Part shown: positions 15,677 to 22,499 of the stretch, piece after piece
How the letters are laid out: every line of letters begins with the position of its first letter
How positions within the stretch are numbered: the stretch's first letter is position 1
From: Nitratireductor sp. XY-223
Lineage (GTDB): Bacteria; Pseudomonadota; Alphaproteobacteria; Rhizobiales; Rhizobiaceae
DNA length: 32,000 bases
Direction of reading: 5' to 3'
NCBI RefSeq assembly: GCF_004959855.1
Contig: NZ_SPNT01000003.1
Location: 516,619-548,618 of the forward strand
Translations under genes and position numbers: made by a program
The notes under the pieces: generated by a model
Seen by the model: the letters and a program-made list of their open reading frames with translations, nothing else
What the model was told of the DNA's origin: nothing
Database searches by the model: none

Positions 15677-16665
15677 CCGAAGCCCTGGTCAATGTCGAAC
15701 ACCTCAGCCGCGTCTTCGACGTCTCCAAGCCCTGGCTGAACCGCGTTCTCGAGCGTGACGAGAAGAAGTTTCTCGTCGCCGTCAACGACGTGACATTCGA
15801 GATACGGAAGGGTGAGACCTTCGCGCTTGTCGGCGAATCCGGCTCCGGCAAGTCGACCATTGCAAAGCTCATCGTCGGCCTCATCAGGCCGAGCGGCGGG
15901 CAGATCAGTTTCGACGGCAAGAACGTCGCGACACAGGGCAGCTCCTCGATGCGCCAGCTCAGGAGCCGCTTCCAGATGATCTTCCAGGATCCGTTCGCCA
16001 GCCTCAATCCGCGCTGGCGTGTCAAGGACATCATTGCCGAGCCGATCCGCACCTTCGGCCTGGAGGGCGAGGCGGCGCGCTGGCAAACCCGTGTCGACGA
16101 ACTGCTGGAAACCGTGGGCCTGTCATCCGGCGACGGGGCGAAATATCCGCACGAGTTTTCCGGCGGCCAGCGCCAGCGTATCGCCATCGCGCGCGCCCTG
16201 TCGGCGCAGCCCGAATTCATAGTCTGCGACGAGCCGACGTCGGCGCTCGATGTCTCCGTCCAGGCGCAGATCCTCAACCTGATGCGCGATCTGCAGGACG
16301 AGTTCGGACTGACCTATCTTTTCATCAGCCACGACCTTTCCGTGGTGCGGCACATGGCGACCCGCATCGGCGTGCTTTACCTCGGCCGCCTCGTCGAAGT
16401 CGCGGAAGGCAAGACGCTGTTCAAGGATCCGCAGCATCCCTACACCAAGATGCTGCTCGATGCGGTTCCGGACCTGGAGATGACCGGACGCGCCCGCAAG
16501 CCTGTCGAGGGCGAGATCCCCAATCCGATCGATCCGCCGTCCGGCTGCGCTTTCCATCCGCGTTGTGCGCTCGCCAACGATCGGTGCCTGAGCGAGAAGC
16601 CGGAACTCAAGCTTCACGGAACGACGGAAACCGCCTGTTTCGCGGTCGACGAGGGCCGTGTCTGA
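15673..16665 (+). CDS. ABC transporter ATP-binding protein (DppF/OppF-like)
   Basis: The start overlaps the upstream stop (ATGA). Walker A is GESGSGKST, the signature is FSGGQRQR and Walker B is IVCDEPTSALD. The C-terminus contains CAFHPRC. Confidence 0.95.
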   Translation: MTEALVNVEHLSRVFDVSKPWLNRVLERDEKKFLVAVNDVTFEIRKGETFALVGESGSGKSTIAKLIVGLIRPSGGQISFDGKNVATQGSSSMRQLRSRFQMIFQDPFASLNPRWRVKDIIAEPIRTFGLEGEAARWQTRVDELLETVGLSSGDGAKYPHEFSGGQRQRIAIARALSAQPEFIVCDEPTSALDVSVQAQILNLMRDLQDEFGLTYLFISHDLSVVRHMATRIGVLYLGRLVEVAEGKTLFKDPQHPYTKMLLDAVPDLEMTGRARKPVEGEIPNPIDPPSGCAFHPRCALANDRCLSEKPELKLHGTTETACFAVDEGRV

Positions 16666-16680
16666 TCCGTTGTCGGTGTC

Positions 16681-17058
16681 TTATGCGTAGGGATTTGGTT
16701 TGGGCGGCGGACGATAAGCACCGTTTGCTGCCTTAATGGCCTGTGCGTGTTCCTGCCCCCAATCGCATAGCGACTTGTAGAACGGGTGCAGCGACCGACC
16801 CAGTTCGGTCACCTCATATTCGACCCGCGGCGGCACTTCCTCGTGATAGGTGCGGTGTACAAGACCGTCGCGCTCCATTTCCCGCAATCTGAGCGTCAGC
16901 ATGCGTTGCGTGATATCGGGCAGTTGCCGCCGCAGTTCCGAAAAGCGCTGCCGCCCGCCGAACACCAGGCAGAACATAATCGCCGGCTTCCATTTCGCGC
17001 CGATGACTTTCATCAGTGTCTCGACCTGGTCGACGAGTTCGCGGCCGCGTTCATCCAT
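16681..17058 (-). CDS. HxlR family transcriptional regulator
   Basis: I chose the internal ATG at 17058. The product contains ...IGAKWKPAIMFCLVFGGRQRFSELRRQLPDITQRMLTLRLREMERDGLVHRTYHEEVPPRVEYEVTELG, the HxlR signature. Confidence 0.88.
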   Translation of the reverse strand: MDERGRELVDQVETLMKVIGAKWKPAIMFCLVFGGRQRFSELRRQLPDITQRMLTLRLREMERDGLVHRTYHEEVPPRVEYEVTELGRSLHPFYKSLCDWGQEHAQAIKAANGAYRPPPKPNPYA

Positions 17059-17067
17059 GTCACACCC

Positions 17068-17102
17068 GGTATACTTTTTGTGCCTGATTGACTTTTTATA
17101 CC
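17068..17102. promoter_or_regulatory. Inverted and direct repeat in the HxlR divergent promoter, a candidate operator
   Basis: The sequence is GGTATACTTTTT-N11-ACTTTTTATACC. The arms GGTATA (17068-17073) and TATACC (17097-17102) are inverted, and ACTTTTT occurs twice as a direct repeat. Confidence 0.35.
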
Positions 17103-17151
17103 GCCCATCCGTTGAATTGGCGACACCGATTGCTGTCCGAGGGAGAAGCGC

Positions 17152-17556
17152 ATGACCGAAGCGCGAATTGTCCACACCGACCGCTGGGGCGATATCATCG
17201 ACCGGCCGGCGGGCGGTTGCGTCGAAATCCGCTGGTTCGACACCACTTCCGCGATGGCGGGCGACGATTTCAACACCTTCCTGTCCGTCTATGCCGGTCA
17301 CGTCGAACAATGCGGCCGGGCGTGCGGGCTCGTCGATGCCGTCCAGTTCCGCATGGACATGGCGAAGATGAACATGGGCTGGCGGGACGAGAATATCATC
17401 CCGCGCTACAACGCCGCCGGTATGCGCAAATTCGCTTTCATAATGCCGGGCGGCATGCCGGCCATTGGCGCACCGCCCGCCAACGAGGGACCGGCCGACT
17501 TCCCGACAGGCTATTTCGGCACGCGGGCCGACGCGCTTGGATGGTTGAAAGGCTAG
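17152..17556 (+). CDS. Hypothetical protein (134 aa; STAS/SpoIIAA-like fold suspected)
   Basis: ATG 17152 follows GGGAGAAG. Codon usage is coding-like. The fold guess rests only on resemblance to uncharacterised proteins with the pattern ...IEIRW...FxxxL...VDxxxF.... Confidence 0.7.
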   Translation: MTEARIVHTDRWGDIIDRPAGGCVEIRWFDTTSAMAGDDFNTFLSVYAGHVEQCGRACGLVDAVQFRMDMAKMNMGWRDENIIPRYNAAGMRKFAFIMPGGMPAIGAPPANEGPADFPTGYFGTRADALGWLKG

Positions 17557-17580
17557 TGTTACGGCGAATGCGACAGACGC

Positions 17581-17817
17581 TCAGATTTCCGGCGCGCTGC
17601 TGTCGCAGCAATCCGTGCCTTCCTGAACCGGCGGGCAGGGGACCGTCGCGTAGGAGCAGAAGACGCAACAATCGCCTTCCCTGGGACTGAGCAGGACGCC
17701 GCAGCCCTTGCAGTCGTAGAACCATTGGCAGGCGTCCGTCGGCATGATCTCGCGCGAGACATGTCCGCACTGCGGGCACGTAATTTCTGATTCGAGGATC
17801 GGTTTGGTTCCAGTCAT
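17581..17817 (-). CDS. GDCCVxC-domain Cys-rich metal-binding protein (Cys form, not selenoprotein)
   Basis: The 78-aa product is MTGTKPILESEITCPQCGHV...DACQWFYDCKGCG...REGDCCVFCSYATVPCPP...DCCD, with 13 Cys. ATG lies 4 nt after the merT-like stop, with AGGA overlapping that stop. Confidence 0.85.
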   Translation of the reverse strand: MTGTKPILESEITCPQCGHVSREIMPTDACQWFYDCKGCGVLLSPREGDCCVFCSYATVPCPPVQEGTDCCDSSAPEI

Positions 17818-17821
17818 TGTC

Positions 17822-18142
17822 CTACATGAGACCGATCAGAAAGTTGTTTATGCGCGTTTCGTTCATCAGGACGATCCATGCAACGAACGTGATCGCCGTT
17901 CCGGTTGCCAGCGTGCCGTAGACGGTGCGACTGGCATGACGCCTGATTGCCACGAACCAGGCGAGTGCGACCAGCAAGGCCGCGGCCGCAGCGATATAGT
18001 ATCCGGCGGCGGCAATGCCCCCGATAACGGCAACCCAACTGCCTCCGAGGCCGATCATAATCAATATCAGCGGCAAGACACAGCAGGCGGCGGTGATCAG
18101 TGCGATGATCGATCCCCAAAGCCCGGTTTTTGCAAGTCCCAT
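17822..18142 (-). CDS. MerT-like metal (mercuric-ion type) transport protein
   Basis: I chose the internal ATG at 18142, which follows GGAAGG. TM1 reads IIALITAACCVLPLILIMIGLGGSW, closely resembling MerT LAAILASACCLGPLVLIALGFSGAW. The protein is 106 aa with about three TM segments. Confidence 0.75.
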   Translation of the reverse strand: MGLAKTGLWGSIIALITAACCVLPLILIMIGLGGSWVAVIGGIAAAGYYIAAAAALLVALAWFVAIRRHASRTVYGTLATGTAITFVAWIVLMNETRINNFLIGLM

Positions 18143-18191
18143 GCCTTCCAATTCGCTCAAGCTCCTGATGGTGATTTGGGTCTGTCGACAG

Positions 18192-18222
18192 TGTATACAA
18201 GCTGTAGCGACTACAGGATCAA
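18192..18222 (-). promoter_or_regulatory. MerR-type promoter/operator driving the merT-like operon
   Basis: Read on the minus strand, the element is TTGATC (-35) followed by the 19-bp spacer CTGTAGTCGCTACAGCTTG and TATACA (-10). The spacer contains the perfect dyad CTGTAG-N3-CTACAG at 18202-18216. A 19-bp spacer with a central dyad is the MerR-family hallmark. Confidence 0.7.
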
Positions 18223-18233
18223 GGACCATCGAA

Positions 18234-18638
18234 ATGCATTCCATCGGCAAGGCCTCGGAATTAAGCGGAGTCCATATCGAGACCATTCGCTATTATGAGC
18301 GCGAGGGCGTGTTGCCAAAGGCGGAAAGAACCGAAAGTGGCCGGCGCATTTACAGCGACGATGACATCGCGCGCATGAGATTTGTCAGGCATTGCCGGGA
18401 GTACGGATTTCCCATTCGCGACACCCGAACCCTGCTTTCACTTACAAAGTCGGATACGCCGTGTGGCAGTGCGCAGGTAATCGCCCGGGAATATCTCAAT
18501 TCGGTTCGCCAGAAAATTGCTGATTTGTCGGTTCTGGAGCAGGAACTCGACCTGCTGATTTCAAAATGTCATCCCGACGATGCGCAGTGTGCACTTTTGC
18601 AAGAGCTCTACGGGCGCGAACCATCGACCGTAATTTAG
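18234..18638 (+). CDS. MerR family heavy-metal-responsive transcriptional regulator
   Basis: I chose the internal ATG at 18234. The N-terminal HTH is IGKASELSGVHIETIRYYEREGVLP. Candidate metal-ligand cysteines are at TPCGS and in the C-terminal KCHPDDAQC. Confidence 0.9.
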   Translation: MHSIGKASELSGVHIETIRYYEREGVLPKAERTESGRRIYSDDDIARMRFVRHCREYGFPIRDTRTLLSLTKSDTPCGSAQVIAREYLNSVRQKIADLSVLEQELDLLISKCHPDDAQCALLQELYGREPSTVI

Positions 18639-19531
18639 CCGATCGTCAGCCCGTCCCGTTTGCTCTCTTCGTCCGGTTCGACATGGATCGTGATGTTCGA
18701 TCCGGGGATCGCCTCGGCAAGCGCTGCCTCGACACGATTGCAGATCGCGTGCGAGTCCGCAACGCTCATCCGGCCATCGACAACCAGGTGGAACTCGATG
18801 AAGGAGACGTGCCCGGCGCTGCGTGTCTTTATGTCGTGAACCTCCAACGCCCCGGTGGCGCTTGCAAGGATGGTCTGCCGTATCCGTTCGGTCTCCGTCT
18901 CGTCGAGCGCGCTGTCCATCAGCCCATCCACCGATGACCGGATCACCTTCCAGCCCTCCAGAAGGACGTTGATGCCGATACCAATGGCGATCAGCGAATC
19001 CAGGAACAGCCAGCCTGTGGCGAGAACCAGGCCGAGCCCGACGATCACCCCGGCCGATGTGACGACATCCACCATGATATGCCGGCCATCGGCGGAAAGG
19101 GCCGGCGATCGGGAGCGGCGACCTTCGCGGATCAGGCGCCAGGCCCAGAGCCCGTTGATGACCGCCGCGAGGCCGTTGACGGCCATCCCGGATGCCGGCT
19201 CATTGAGAGCATGCGGATTTGCCAGTGCCGAAACGGCTTCGGTGAAGATGAGAAGGGCGGCCACGACGATCAGCACACCGGCAACAACGGCCGAGAAATA
19301 CTCGGCCTTGTAGTGCCCGAAGGGGTGTCGCTTGTCGGCCGGGACGTGGCTGATGCGGATGGCGAGCCAGGCGAGGGACGCCGTGACGACGTTGATGACC
19401 GATTCCAGCGCGTCGGAAAACAGCGCAACGGAGCCGGTAATCCACCAGGCGAGGGTCTTGAGGATCAGCACCAGACCTGCGACCGCGATGGACCAACCGG
19501 CGAGATTGGTTATGCGGTTTTTGCTGCTCAC
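18635..19531 (-). CDS. Cation diffusion facilitator (CDF) family metal exporter
   Basis: 298-aa ORF with a GTG start at 19531. It resembles FieF/YiiP throughout (LAWWITGSVALFSDALESV..., RHPFGHYKAE, HIMVDVV) and has a C-terminal cytoplasmic domain. Its 3' end overlaps the merR stop by 4 nt. Confidence 0.9.
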   Translation of the reverse strand: MSSKNRITNLAGWSIAVAGLVLILKTLAWWITGSVALFSDALESVINVVTASLAWLAIRISHVPADKRHPFGHYKAEYFSAVVAGVLIVVAALLIFTEAVSALANPHALNEPASGMAVNGLAAVINGLWAWRLIREGRRSRSPALSADGRHIMVDVVTSAGVIVGLGLVLATGWLFLDSLIAIGIGINVLLEGWKVIRSSVDGLMDSALDETETERIRQTILASATGALEVHDIKTRSAGHVSFIEFHLVVDGRMSVADSHAICNRVEAALAEAIPGSNITIHVEPDEESKRDGLTIG

Positions 19532-19615
19532 AATCGTCCGGCCGTTTGCTTTGTTCCAGTGGTGTCGGCGGCAAGCTATGTCACGGCTTTGACATTCATT
19601 GCAAGCACCGCCGCC

Positions 19616-19975
19616 TCATTGCTCCGCCGAAACACCGTGCGCTTTGCGGCTGTCGTCCGGCGCCTGCGCACGGTCGTTCATGCCGTAGTCGCGGATCACG
19701 CCGGCGATGCGCAACCGGTAATCGCGGAAGATCTCCGTGCGGCCCTTGTTTTGTGCAGAACGGTGGGCCGCGCGATTGCGCCAGTCCCTGAGTGCCTCCT
19801 CGTCGCGGAAAAACGACAGCGACAGGATCTTGTTCTCGTCCGTCAGGCTCTGGAAACGTTCGATCGAAATGAACCCGTCTATCTTCTCCAGCTCGGGACG
19901 GAGAGCGGCGGCGATGTCGAGATACTCCTCACGCCGCTCCAGATGCGGTTCGACTTCGAAGATGACTGCGATCAT
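19616..19975 (-). CDS. Antibiotic-biosynthesis-monooxygenase (ABM) domain protein
   Basis: 119-aa ORF. The product MIAVIFEVEP...YLDIAAALRPELEKIDGFISIERFQS...ILSLSFFRDEEALRDWRN is typical of the ABM ferredoxin-like fold. Its ATG overlaps the upstream stop (ATGA). Confidence 0.85.
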   Translation of the reverse strand: MIAVIFEVEPHLERREEYLDIAAALRPELEKIDGFISIERFQSLTDENKILSLSFFRDEEALRDWRNRAAHRSAQNKGRTEIFRDYRLRIAGVIRDYGMNDRAQAPDDSRKAHGVSAEQ

Positions 19976-20301
19976 GGGTTCACCATCGGGCTGTGCGGCG
20001 CTGAGGCCAGTTTGAGAAATGTCCTGTCCTCGCGCAACAGGAATTTCTCCTTCATCGCGAAAGCGTAGTTTTCTCTGCCGAGCGGGTCGCCGGCCAGCCG
20101 GCCGCGATAGGTCTCGTAAGCGGCCAGGCTTTCGATGTTATAGATGCCGTAGGCGAGGGTGGCAGACCCCTCATGCGGCGCGAAATAGCCAATCAAGTCC
20201 GCGCCGCATCGCGGAATGGCCTGGCCCCAGTTGCGGGCATATTCCTCGAACTGCGGTTTTTTTGTCGGGTCGATATGGTATCGGATGAAACAGGTGATCA
20301 T
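19972..20301 (-). CDS. NIPSNAP family protein
   Basis: I chose the internal ATG at 20301, preceded by AAGGAGG. The product reads MITCFIRYHIDP...FEEYARNW...GYFAPHEGSATLAYGIYNIESLAAYETYR. Confidence 0.8.
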   Translation of the reverse strand: MITCFIRYHIDPTKKPQFEEYARNWGQAIPRCGADLIGYFAPHEGSATLAYGIYNIESLAAYETYRGRLAGDPLGRENYAFAMKEKFLLREDRTFLKLASAPHSPMVNP

Positions 20302-20348
20302 GACGGGCCTCCTTTCACCCATCATCCCACATTGCATTGCTGGAATGC

Positions 20349-20364
20349 TTCGACTATGGTCGAA
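20349..20364. promoter_or_regulatory. Palindrome TTCGAC-TATG-GTCGAA directly upstream of the ArsR-family gene, a candidate operator
   Basis: The 6-bp perfect arms are at 20349-20354 and 20359-20364, ending 3 nt before ATG 20367. The site lies in the divergent region shared with the NIPSNAP-ABM operon. Confidence 0.35.
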
Positions 20365-20366
20365 CT

Positions 20367-21047
20367 ATGAAAGAAGGTCCGGACATTGCCATGATCGGCG
20401 CGCTTATCGGTGATCCCGCGCGCGCCAACATGCTGACAGCGCTGATGAGCGGCAAGGCGCTGACCGCAAGCGAGCTTGCCGCGGAGGCGGGAATAACGCC
20501 GCAAACCGCGAGCTCTCATCTGTCGAAACTGGAGGCGGCCAACCTGACGCGCCAGCGCAAGCAGGGAAGGCACCGCTATATCTCGCTCGCAAACGATGAT
20601 GTCGGGGGCGTACTGGAGGCTCTGATGGGGCTGGCGGCAAAATGCGGCCATGTCCGCGCCAGAACCGGCCCCAGGGATCCGGCGCTGCGCAGGGCGCGCG
20701 TCTGCTACAATCACCTGGCCGGCGAACTGGGTGTCAGGCTGCATGATAGCCTGAAGGCCAACGGCTTCGTTCGCGAGGAGGGGGAGGACATCGATCTCAC
20801 CGACCGGGGTGCCGCCTTCGTCCGGGAATTCGGCATCGACCTTGATGCGCTTTCCACGCTGCGCCGGCCGCTTTGCCTGTCCTGTCTCGACTGGAGCGCG
20901 CGCCGGACCCATCTTGCCGGCTCCCTCGGCACGGCACTGCTCGACCGCATCTATACACTCGGCTGGGCGAGGCGGGAGGAGAATTCACGCGTGATTTCCT
21001 TCAACCGCAAGGGCGAGCAGGATTTTCTCAAGACATTTGCGGTCTAG
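20367..21047 (+). CDS. ArsR/SmtB-type winged-helix regulator with a C-terminal extension domain
   Basis: The HTH is ...GDPARANMLTALMSGKALTASELAAEAGITPQTASSHLSKLEAANL. The C-terminal half contains the CYNHLAG motif seen in about 220-aa two-domain ArsR-like regulators. The start choice (20367 versus a downstream Met) is uncertain. Confidence 0.85.
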   Translation: MKEGPDIAMIGALIGDPARANMLTALMSGKALTASELAAEAGITPQTASSHLSKLEAANLTRQRKQGRHRYISLANDDVGGVLEALMGLAAKCGHVRARTGPRDPALRRARVCYNHLAGELGVRLHDSLKANGFVREEGEDIDLTDRGAAFVREFGIDLDALSTLRRPLCLSCLDWSARRTHLAGSLGTALLDRIYTLGWARREENSRVISFNRKGEQDFLKTFAV

Positions 21048-21075
21048 TGGCCGAAAGCGAACCTGGAGGAAGCAG

Positions 21076-22491
21076 ATGACCGAACGTCCCCTCTGGCAGT
21101 TGGGTGCCTGCGAACTTGCCGAAGCGATCGCCGCGGGCGAGGTTTCGGCCAGCGAGGCGGTGACCGCGGCGGTCGAGCGCATGCGGAAACGCAACGGTGC
21201 GGTCAACGCCGTGGTGGACGAATTCGGCGACGAGGCCATTGCCGAAGCCGAGGCGATGGATGCGCGGATGCGGCGCTCGGGCCCGGTCGGCCCGCTGAAT
21301 GGCGTGCCGGTGACGATCAAGGAAAATGTCGACCAGGCGGGCAAGGCGACACCGAACGGCGTCACCGCGTTGAAGGACGTTGTCGCACCCGCCGACTCGC
21401 CCGTCGTGACGAATTTCAAGAAGGCGGGCGCCATTGTCATCGGACGCACCAACACGCCGGAGTTCTCCTTCCGGGTGACAACGGTCAACGAACTGCACGG
21501 CCGCACGTTCAATCCATGGAACGACTGGGCCACCGCCGGCGGCTCTTCCGGCGGTGCGGCAGCGGCGGTCATGTCCGGCATGGGCGCGTTGGCCCACGGC
21601 AACGACATCGCCGGATCGTTGCGCTTTCCGCCGGCCGCGACCGGCGCGACATCGGTGAAACCCAGCCTCGGGCGCGTGCCGGCCTACAATCCCTCCGCGC
21701 CCGCGGAACGTGGGCTGCTGGCGCAGCTGATGTCCGTTCAGGGCGTGATTGCCCGGGAAGTCCGCGATGTTCGCCTCGCCATGCGCGAACTCGTACGGCC
21801 GCGGCCGCAGGATCCGTGGATGGTGCCGCTGCCCTTCGACGGCACGCCGCTCGACGGGCCGGTCAACGTGGCATTCACGAAGAACACTTTCGAGTTCGAC
21901 CTCGATCCGGCGGTCGAGACGGCGCTCGATACGGCGCGCGACGCGCTCGCGGACGCCGGCTACCAGATCGTCGAGACGGAACCGCCGCTGGTGCGCGAGA
22001 TCGCCCGCGAAGCGGGCAAGTGTCTGTTCGGCGAGGTCAGGAAGCTGATGGGCAAGGATATCGAGACCTACGGAAGCGCGACGATAAACGCGATCTTCAG
22101 GGATTACTTCGAATATTTCGGCGCCTATGAGGGCGAAGATCTCCTGCGCGGCCTCGCCAAGCGCACCCATTATGCCCGCGAATGGTCACTCTTCCTTGAG
22201 GAATACCCGCTGGTGCTCACACCGTTCCTGCCGCATCCGACCTACGCATGGGACTGCGACACCGGGGGCGTGGAGGGCGTGACCGATGCGCTCGGCTCCT
22301 CGGTTTACGGCTACTCCATGAACTTTATGGGACTGCCGGCCGGAAACGTGCCGGCGAACTACAATGACGGGCTGCCGGTCGGCGTTCAGATCGTCGGCCG
22401 CCGCTTCCGCGAGGATCTCATTCTGGACGCCTGTGAGGCTGTTGAACAGCGGGTCGGCATCATGGCCGAACGGCTGTTCGAGCGCGGCTAG
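21076..22491 (+). CDS. Amidase (amidase-signature family)
   Basis: ATG 21076 follows GGAGGA. The AS motif is GGSSGGAAAAV, and LNGVPVTIKEN (catalytic Lys region) and GRTNTPEF are present. The protein is 471 aa. Confidence 0.92.
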   Translation: MTERPLWQLGACELAEAIAAGEVSASEAVTAAVERMRKRNGAVNAVVDEFGDEAIAEAEAMDARMRRSGPVGPLNGVPVTIKENVDQAGKATPNGVTALKDVVAPADSPVVTNFKKAGAIVIGRTNTPEFSFRVTTVNELHGRTFNPWNDWATAGGSSGGAAAAVMSGMGALAHGNDIAGSLRFPPAATGATSVKPSLGRVPAYNPSAPAERGLLAQLMSVQGVIAREVRDVRLAMRELVRPRPQDPWMVPLPFDGTPLDGPVNVAFTKNTFEFDLDPAVETALDTARDALADAGYQIVETEPPLVREIAREAGKCLFGEVRKLMGKDIETYGSATINAIFRDYFEYFGAYEGEDLLRGLAKRTHYAREWSLFLEEYPLVLTPFLPHPTYAWDCDTGGVEGVTDALGSSVYGYSMNFMGLPAGNVPANYNDGLPVGVQIVGRRFREDLILDACEAVEQRVGIMAERLFERG

Positions 22492-22499
22492 CCGGTTCT

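Noticed and set aside
17581-17817. Selenocysteine recoding in the GDCCVxC gene, since the family includes selenoproteins
   Set aside because: My hand translation shows TGT/TGC codons at the GDCCVFC and DCC positions. There is no in-frame TGA before the terminal stop, so this is the Cys form.
17581-18638. Calling the locus a bona fide mercury-resistance (mer) operon
   Set aside because: No merA, merP or merB is present in the window, and the MerT-like protein lacks the second Cys pair. Only a mer-like metal module of unknown specificity can be supported.
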